Source of the DNA: Coriobacteriales bacterium
Lineage (GTDB): Bacteria; Actinomycetota; Coriobacteriia; Coriobacteriales; Atopobiaceae
Reading direction: 5' to 3'
Assembly (NCBI GenBank): GCA_030529665.1
Contig: JAUMWL010000002.1
Span: forward strand, 3,986-67,985
DNA: 64,000 bases
In this document: positions 50,528-57,185 of the stretch, in pieces
Layout: the number at the start of each line of letters is the position of its first letter
How positions within the stretch are numbered: position 1 is the stretch's first letter
Translations under genes and position numbers: made by a program
Notes under the pieces: model-generated
What the model was told of the DNA's origin: nothing
What the model saw: only the letters and a program-made list of their open reading frames with translations
The model's database searches: none

Positions 50528-51646
50528 CTAATTATTGGCGAGTAAAGCCTTGATATGCTCGTCAACAAATTCCTTGCGTAGCTCTGCGACCCTGCAGAAG
50601 AAGGGGTCCACGTGTTCCTCGTCGCCATAGGCAAGCTTGAAGTTTGCCACACAGTGCTCGCAGTATCGAATCTTATTGCAGGTGATGCAGGGGTATCTGT
50701 CAGTTGCCTTCTTGTCCACGAACTCGCGTTGCAGGTGTTGCCAGCCCTCGTCGAAGGAGCCGTGGCGGAGGTCGAACTGACGATACGAGGCTCGAACGCA
50801 ACCCTGCATCTTGTAGTCGGACGTAATGAACACGTGTTGATTTGCAATGGAGCAGGGATAGAGGTAGCCGCCTCCGAAGCGCTCGACCGTCTGACGCGGC
50901 CGGGTGTCTATCTCCCCCTCGAGCAACTGACGGGCTACGTCCTCCCAGAAGGTTCGGCGCCCCATGTCCTTAATGTCGAAGTCGAACGCCTCCTCGGGTG
51001 TAAGGCGGAAGTCCATAGGTTTGGTGGAGCCGTCGCTCATGGGATGCACATCAAGGATGATGACCATGGGCACGCCAATCTGGTTGCCGAACTCGCGTAC
51101 CTTGTAGAGGTCGTCGATGTTTTGCTCCATTGCGACGAACTTGAGCTCGAAGGGTATTCCATTCGCACGTAACAGGTCGAGAGCGTCCATGAACTTTCGG
51201 TAGCTGCCTTTGACTCCAGTGACGGCTTCGTAAGACTCCTCGGAGTAGCCGTACATGCTGGTGCTGATCACCTCGGGTGGCAACTCCTTAAAGAGTTCGA
51301 TGTGATGCTCGTTCAGCAGGGTGATATTGGTGAGCAACGATACGAGCACGCCTTTACCCTTGATATAGCGGTACAGCTCTTCGAAGTCCTTTCTGACAAG
51401 GATTTCTCCTCCTGTAAGGTAGGCATCAAGCAGACCTCGCTCGCACAATATATCAACGATGTCCTTGAACTCCTGCGTGGTCATGTCATCATGGCCACGA
51501 CCTGGTTTCGCGTAGCAGTGTACACAGTTGAGGTTGCACTTTGCCGTGAGTTCGAATCCAGCGGTGAAGGGTGCCCGGATACCCTCGAAGTGCTCGTCAA
51601 TGAAGTCGTTCATCTTTTGCGAATGCATGCAATAGGACTCAGCCAT
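50528..51646 (-). CDS. Radical SAM / SPASM-domain maturase
   Basis: The CxxxCxxC cluster is KCNLNCVHCYA. The C-terminal auxiliary-cluster cysteines are YPCS...QGCVR...YPCITCNKIRYCEHC. The ATG at 51646 lies 2 nt after the PqqD-like gene stop. Confidence 0.88.
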   Translation of the reverse strand: MAESYCMHSQKMNDFIDEHFEGIRAPFTAGFELTAKCNLNCVHCYAKPGRGHDDMTTQEFKDIVDILCERGLLDAYLTGGEILVRKDFEELYRYIKGKGVLVSLLTNITLLNEHHIELFKELPPEVISTSMYGYSEESYEAVTGVKGSYRKFMDALDLLRANGIPFELKFVAMEQNIDDLYKVREFGNQIGVPMVIILDVHPMSDGSTKPMDFRLTPEEAFDFDIKDMGRRTFWEDVARQLLEGEIDTRPRQTVERFGGGYLYPCSIANQHVFITSDYKMQGCVRASYRQFDLRHGSFDEGWQHLQREFVDKKATDRYPCITCNKIRYCEHCVANFKLAYGDEEHVDPFFCRVAELRKEFVDEHIKALLANN

Positions 51647-51648
51647 GA

Positions 51649-51930
51649 TTAGACCCCTTTCCCGTCATCAAGCAAGACGCCCATCTCTGCTAACTGGTCA
51701 ACGAATGAGGACACAGCCATCTTCTCTGGCGAGCCTTCCTCGAGTCCATACTCGGATGCAACGCTGGCAACGAGGTCGGCAGCGGTGGTGCAGTCGTTGG
51801 CGGCCCTCCAGATATCGGCACCAACATCATTGAGCGCAATGGGGTCATCGCTAGCGTCGTTCTTCCTTACTGGCATGAGGATGTGATGCCCGTATAGGTC
51901 ACGCATGACGAACGCGTCGTTCTGTTTCAT
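51649..51930 (-). CDS. PqqD-family RiPP recognition element protein
   Basis: The sequence MKQNDAFVMRDLYGHHILMP...LNDVGADIWRAANDCTTAADLVASVASEYG...FVDQLAEMGVL has the size and pattern of PqqD-like peptide chaperones. The start is set at ATG 51930 after GGGAGAGGAA. Confidence 0.7.
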   Translation of the reverse strand: MKQNDAFVMRDLYGHHILMPVRKNDASDDPIALNDVGADIWRAANDCTTAADLVASVASEYGLEEGSPEKMAVSSFVDQLAEMGVLLDDGKGV

Positions 51931-52147
51931 TTCCTCTCCCTGAAATAGCATCTCAGAGCCGCTACTTAGGATGGCGCTGACGCAGCTTAGCGCAAGCTCA
52001 AACTTGTGGCATCTCCTTGACGTCGACACACGCTCTTTTTGTGGTCCGTCCAGAATACTGGAGCACAGCTAGAGCGGCTGGGTTCTACCAAGGATTCATC
52101 TCACGTCGCGAAGTATTCCAGCTGTAGCGACTGTAATCTTTTGTAAA

Positions 52148-52172
52148 GGGGCACGAAGCGTACTCGTGCCCC
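52148..52172 (-). terminator. Intercistronic hairpin between the precursor gene and the PqqD gene (candidate attenuator)
   Basis: GGGGCACGA-(7 nt)-TCGTGCCCC forms a 9-bp stem. On the transcribed (minus) strand it is followed by TTTACAAAAGATT. It lies 29 nt downstream of the precursor stop. Confidence 0.5.
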
Positions 52173-52200
52173 AGGTTGTGAGCCTCAGAGCTCGCCTGTG

Positions 52201-52320
52201 CTACTTGCCCTGGTAGCAGCACGCCTTGAACGTGCAGTGGTACGGGTTCTCCGGCCCGTAGGCGGCCTCCCTCGTTGATTTGCTGAGGACAGTCATCTGC
52301 GGATACTCAAATTTCTTCAT
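52201..52320 (-). CDS. RiPP precursor peptide (39 aa, Cys-rich C-terminus)
   Basis: The sequence is MKKFEYPQMTVLSKSTREAAYGPENPYHCTFKACCYQGK. ATG 52320 follows GAGGGGGTGA. It is the first gene of an operon encoding PqqD and two rSAM/SPASM enzymes. Three Cys lie in the last 11 residues. Confidence 0.65.
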   Translation of the reverse strand: MKKFEYPQMTVLSKSTREAAYGPENPYHCTFKACCYQGK

Positions 52321-52739
52321 ATTGTCACCCCCTCTCGCGTAACAGAAGTGTATCTGAATAACATCACGCATCGGAACAGCCAACTTTCATTATCAGCACA
52401 AGCATGACAATAATTCGTAGGCGGTTTCGGTGATGAAGCAGACGGGCGTGGCTCTAAGCGCCTGCCTGCTGTTAGGAACGATTATCCCAGAGCTCAGATG
52501 GTCTCATTGCGCAAACAGAGTGCGAGTCAACGTAGCGCTGTGCTAATGTGTGGAAAGTAGTCTTGAACGACGGAGGCCTGTCGCTTGCCAGAACCGTGGA
52601 GCCATCTGACTCTGGTTGTCGTAGGATTTGCGTTAGTGCCTACAGTGATGGTTGTCGGGGCCGCGTGCAGTCATATGAGTCGGTTTCCGAACGATAATCG
52701 TGGCAGCAATGTGCATGGGTTGTGTTTTGGGAGGACGTT

Positions 52740-54206
52740 ATGGACGAATGGTATCACTCTGGTATTGAGGGCTACTGTAAGGCAGCGGCTGACTTGTTGG
52801 GCGATCGGAAAGACGGAGACTCGGTACTCGGCCTCTGTCGGGACATGTTCCCAGACCGTGTTGCCGGCACAAGCCTTTCGCACATCTGGACCGCGTCGAG
52901 CCTTCGCAACGGTGACAGAAAATGTCGCCAAAGGGTCTTCGAGATGCTCTGGCTTAACGAGGTCGGCGTGGAGGTTTATCGTGCCGAGGCGGAATTGTTT
53001 GCCAGAGGAGAGTGTCCGGAAAGTGGGTTCCGGACAATCGACGAAGCATCATCATACGCAGAGTCTCTCAGAAGTTGCAAGGACGAGAAAGAGCGTTCGA
53101 AAGTTGCCACCAAGCAGTTTGAGTCAAAAGCAGTGCGGGCGCGCGTCTACATCGAAGAGGCGGACGGCTTCTCCATGAACGAAGAGCTTGAGGATGAGAA
53201 CCAAGGGTATGTGGGCGAGTATAGTACGATACCTTCTCATTCTGCCTACCGCGACAGACTTAAGGGCTGCCGAAGCAAAAATGAGCTTGAACAAACCGCT
53301 CTAGACCAGTGTGAGGGCGACGCAATTGAACGCTGCGTGCAGAGAGTCGTGGATCTTTACGAGAACGATGAGGCTGCCAACGTTTCGTACCTAGCGTTGT
53401 TGGTTGGCATTGAGGACTTCCCGGTGAGGTTCTTCACCAGTGTGGTTCCCGCCATCGAGAGCGGCCTGCGGTCGGAGCGACATCGTCCATCCGACATCCA
53501 AAGGTATATCCAGACGCTCAACGGTCTCATTTATATGGCGCACAGACGTCTTTCTGATGGCGATTTGAACTCTGTGGATCACCCGTTCCGTGAGTTTGCC
53601 ACGGCCTTGTTTGCTGGCTTGGTCTTCGGACCAAACGACCGCTTGGCGCTTGGACTCAACGAGGATACCACCCAGACGGAAACGGATTCAGGGTTTGGCG
53701 GAGCGGGCTTCGACGGCTACGACGGGCGCGAAAGCGCGATAATTCGACTGACGCAGGTCTTTGACGCCAGAGGTGCCCATACGGGATATTCGGAGCTGTT
53801 CCGTCCTTCGCAGGTTGTTTTCTTTGGCAGGAGTCCGGAAATCGACAAGTACCTTGCACGCTGCCGAGAACTATTCGCTGATGACAGCGAGACGATCGCT
53901 ACGGTGGATGACCGCGAACCGGTTGTGTTTCCCACGGTGCTACATCCGGCAGTTGGCCGCTGGCACGGAATGCTCCTGTGCGAGGATGACACTTGGCGGT
54001 ACTACGACCTCGCCTCAACCAACGGGTCCAGCATCGTGACAGCAGATGGTATCACGCCTGTCCAAACCCTGATCGAGCTACGGCCGGGGGATTACCTGAG
54101 GGTTGGTGCTTCCGCCAACGTGGACGTTCTGGATACGAACGCCTACGAGGATGCTGCGACTCTGTTTGTGTCGTCCCATGTCGATTTAACCGAGGACTAC
54201 GTTTAG
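52740..54206 (+). CDS. Protein with a C-terminal FHA-like domain
   Basis: The C-terminus reads VVFFGRSPE...VGRWHGMLLCEDDTWRYYDLASTNGSSIV...LRPGDYLRVG. This matches the FHA pattern G-R ... [ST]xxH-like ... D.xSxNG. The start is set at ATG 52740, 5 nt after GGGAGG. Confidence 0.6.
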   Translation: MDEWYHSGIEGYCKAAADLLGDRKDGDSVLGLCRDMFPDRVAGTSLSHIWTASSLRNGDRKCRQRVFEMLWLNEVGVEVYRAEAELFARGECPESGFRTIDEASSYAESLRSCKDEKERSKVATKQFESKAVRARVYIEEADGFSMNEELEDENQGYVGEYSTIPSHSAYRDRLKGCRSKNELEQTALDQCEGDAIERCVQRVVDLYENDEAANVSYLALLVGIEDFPVRFFTSVVPAIESGLRSERHRPSDIQRYIQTLNGLIYMAHRRLSDGDLNSVDHPFREFATALFAGLVFGPNDRLALGLNEDTTQTETDSGFGGAGFDGYDGRESAIIRLTQVFDARGAHTGYSELFRPSQVVFFGRSPEIDKYLARCRELFADDSETIATVDDREPVVFPTVLHPAVGRWHGMLLCEDDTWRYYDLASTNGSSIVTADGITPVQTLIELRPGDYLRVGASANVDVLDTNAYEDAATLFVSSHVDLTEDYV

Positions 54207-54299
54207 CGTAGTCGGAGACCTTGTGGCCCGCGCGCTCGTTTGGGCGCACGGGCCTTTCCCGTATCGAAGTACACGGATATCGCGCTGATTCGGAGGGAT

Positions 54300-55835
54300 T
54301 TAGGGCTTGGGTCTTACTACCATCAGCCGTGCACTTCTCACAAGGGGGATGAGTTGGCGGACGGCGTCACGGTCGTACTCCTTGATTCTTTCGCTCAGCC
54401 TGTCATACGGCACGAGGTATGGAGAGGTCTTCTTTTCCGGATCGCCGCCGCTAGAGCTCTTGTCGAGGGTCCAACCCGCCTCAAGCCTCTCCCTCATCCA
54501 CCTGTCGTGTTCTAGGCGTGCGAGTACCTCGATCTGCTCGTCCGTGAACGAGGTGACTTCCTCGTACTCGCTGGCCCGCTCCTCGGGCACAAGCAGGTAG
54601 CCGAGTGCGCGCACCTTGTTGGGAACGTGCTCCGCCTGAGCGTAGTTCGATCGCCGCAGGTCTAATGGCTGGTCCTCGACCCTCTCGTATATCACCTCTA
54701 AGCCCTGCTTGCGCCTCAGCGCCTTGTAGGTCTCGAACTTGGCGGCCACGATGCGGTCTACCATCTCGGTGAGTCGTGCCTCAGCTCCGTTCATGCAAGC
54801 TTTCATGTCTTCTCCGTCCAGATAGGGCCTGTGATAGCTCCGCGCATGCGCGAGGAGTGTTCTTGAGGCAAAGACTGTCTCATTCACTGGCGTGAGGCCG
54901 AGCCTCTTCGCTAGCGGGTCTATGTCAATCGCTTGGTTAAGGTGCCTAGCATACGGCGGTGCGGCGAGGCTTGAGTAGCTGAAGTACCCAACCGACTCTT
55001 CGAGGAAGTTGAGGAAGTCGTCGATTGCGTCGGCGGAATGTCGTATTCCGTTGAGTGGTAGGTCGTTGCGGATTAGGTGGTACTTCAGCGCGCCAAGGTA
55101 CCCCATGTCCAGTTCCAGCGGGTTTGGTTCAAGCATGCAGTGGGCGCCAACCACGTGCGACGGGATCTCGGAAAAGAGTGTGCCGAATAACGGCGCGCGT
55201 GCGACGAGTTCTCCTACCATTAGGGCCGCGCTCAACTCAAAATCAACGACCGTCGCGCGGATGTCTGCTGGTCTTTTGCCGAAGCGCCGTACGCATACGT
55301 TCTCGCATCGCAAGTCACGATGGTACACACCTGCCTGGTGCGCGTTATGCAGCTGTGCGTACACGTCGAACAGTATTTTGAGGTTTTCCAGCTCTCGCTC
55401 TGGGGTTCCGGGCGCGTGGAGGATTGGCCGTTCCCCGTGCTGACCGGCTTTGTTCCGTAGAATCTGGGCGAGGTTCTCGCCCGCGTCTCGCTCGACGATT
55501 ACGGGTGCCGCGACTCCGGTTCCGGTGAAGCGGTGTTGGGAGACTGCCAGCAGCTCCGGCCCGACGCCTAGGCTCGTGAGCAGGCCGAGATTGGCGCACT
55601 CGTCGCCGAAGGCGACCATAGATGTGGGCTCGAACGCCACTGCACACGCCGCCACCACTTCGCTTTGGACCCCGCTTTCGAAGGTTCCGCGATAGATTCG
55701 TTTCCGCTTGGATGAGACCAGTGGTGTCTGTGCGGGGTTGTACGTGAATCTCCAGTTCCCGTATGTGTCCTCGATTATGCCTGACTCTGCCGTCTGCGGC
55801 TTCGTGGATACGTACTTGGCCGTGGCGTTAATCAT
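54300..55835 (-). CDS. Protein-kinase-like domain fused to a C-terminal RyR domain
   Basis: The catalytic loop is GVYHRDLRCENVCV, and VVDFELS replaces DFG with DFE. I could not find a clear beta3 VAIK lysine. The C-terminus LARLEHDRWMRERLEAGWTLDKSSSGGDPEKKTSPYLVPYDRLSERIKEYDRDAV matches the RyR-domain consensus (W...GW.YG....K..P.LVPY..L.E..K..DR). ATG 55835 follows GGGAGGG and overlaps the PP2C gene by 8 nt. Confidence 0.75.
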   Translation of the reverse strand: MINATAKYVSTKPQTAESGIIEDTYGNWRFTYNPAQTPLVSSKRKRIYRGTFESGVQSEVVAACAVAFEPTSMVAFGDECANLGLLTSLGVGPELLAVSQHRFTGTGVAAPVIVERDAGENLAQILRNKAGQHGERPILHAPGTPERELENLKILFDVYAQLHNAHQAGVYHRDLRCENVCVRRFGKRPADIRATVVDFELSAALMVGELVARAPLFGTLFSEIPSHVVGAHCMLEPNPLELDMGYLGALKYHLIRNDLPLNGIRHSADAIDDFLNFLEESVGYFSYSSLAAPPYARHLNQAIDIDPLAKRLGLTPVNETVFASRTLLAHARSYHRPYLDGEDMKACMNGAEARLTEMVDRIVAAKFETYKALRRKQGLEVIYERVEDQPLDLRRSNYAQAEHVPNKVRALGYLLVPEERASEYEEVTSFTDEQIEVLARLEHDRWMRERLEAGWTLDKSSSGGDPEKKTSPYLVPYDRLSERIKEYDRDAVRQLIPLVRSARLMVVRPKP

Positions 55836-56655
55836 GCAACCCTCCCATTGTGGGTCTCCGTGTGCCGCGATGAAATCTAGCAACCAAAGCGGTCGAGTCG
55901 TCACGCGAGGGTCTACCAAGCACTATCTTTGCTGCGGTTTCCCTTGCGGTTATTTCCGTAGCGAGAAGTCTACCGATTTCCTCACGACCAGTAGCTCGCC
56001 ATGCGCCGTCGGTGCAGACTGCGATGCAGTCGACATCGTCGATACTATCACTGACAGTGACCATTCGTCCATCGTTGCTCTTTCCCAGTGGCGGGGTCGT
56101 GCCAAAGAGGTCTGCGTCGAGGCTCGAGACGACTTCGTGCGGCTCTCGTCCCCTCTTCAACACAAACAAGGCAGTATCGCCAGCCCAAGACGCTTCCAGC
56201 TTCTTGCCACGTAGGGCTATGACCACTAGGGACGTACCGCTTCTTAAAGAATCGATGTCCGACACGAACCTCATGACTTGGTCTTGTGCCGCAACGACTG
56301 CCAATTCCGTAGATCCATTCCTTTTGAGGACGCGCATTGCCGCGTGGCAGGCATACCGAGCCACGGCATCACCGAGTGGCGCGCCTCCAATTCCGTCGGC
56401 TACGCATGCGTACATTTTCTCTCCGAGAAGCACGTAGTCTTCGTTCGGTCGTCCATCCTTTCCGACGCTGCAATAGTCGATGTCGATTGCGATCGGATTG
56501 TGTGTCTCGCCCATCACGTCGAGCTTTTCCATAACAACCAAGGTGTCCTCCTCGTTCCACCGAACCTCGTGTTTTATCTGGCTAATCCATACGCCTTTCC
56601 ACCCGCAGACAGCACACGGCATTTGATGGCCTGCCAGTAACGCATGCGATTCCAA
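55828..56655 (-). CDS. PP2C-family phosphatase
   Basis: Motifs are NEDYVLL, YACVADGIGGAPLGD and IAVCTDGAW. The start is uncertain: TTG 56655, ATG 56622, or ATG about 56532 downstream of GAGGAGGA. Confidence 0.7.
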   Translation of the reverse strand: MESHALLAGHQMPCAVCGWKGVWISQIKHEVRWNEEDTLVVMEKLDVMGETHNPIAIDIDYCSVGKDGRPNEDYVLLGEKMYACVADGIGGAPLGDAVARYACHAAMRVLKRNGSTELAVVAAQDQVMRFVSDIDSLRSGTSLVVIALRGKKLEASWAGDTALFVLKRGREPHEVVSSLDADLFGTTPPLGKSNDGRMVTVSDSIDDVDCIAVCTDGAWRATGREEIGRLLATEITARETAAKIVLGRPSRDDSTALVARFHRGTRRPTMGGLHD

Positions 56656-57185
56656 AGCACATGCAAAAGATTTTGTCCGTACATCTCCTTACAAAGTGTT
56701 TCTTCCAGTGATTTGATTGATTCTGATCGTATGCATCGATTCGTCTTCGCATTACGCAATGCGAAGACAGTCCCTCACCTCTTGTGGTGTTTCCTGGTCC
56801 TTACGTAATTGCATGGGCTTGAATAGCTTGTGTAATGCTACAAAACGATTGTGTAGGCCAATCATGTTGGCATCACTTTGGTACTTTTGCGCAAGTCGCT
56901 TAGCCACTTGCGGATAGGTGCTTCGGGTCCTTCCGTCTAACAAGAAGCTAGAGTCAGGTTCTTTTGCGGGGAAACGCCTTCCCTGATCTGAGCCAACGAC
57001 AGGCAAGTTTCGATTACGCAAACGCTGCTGAAAACGTGATTGATACTATCTCTATGCTGTTTGGAGAGTTGTCGGTGGCGGGCGTTTCAGGACTTGCTGG
57101 TTTCTTGGGGCGTGCTTCAAAGGACGAACAATCTTGAAGACAGCTTAGAAGAAAACCGTGGCCAAAGGGAAGGGACGACGGAGAT

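Noticed and set aside
56752-57021. 89-aa minus-strand ORF in the AT-richer gap between the PP2C gene and the M4 protease gene (possible integrase or transposase fragment, contains SDQG)
   Set aside because: I cannot match it to any family from sequence alone. It has no RBS, and the resemblance rests on 4 residues. It may be a gene relic, but this is unsupported.
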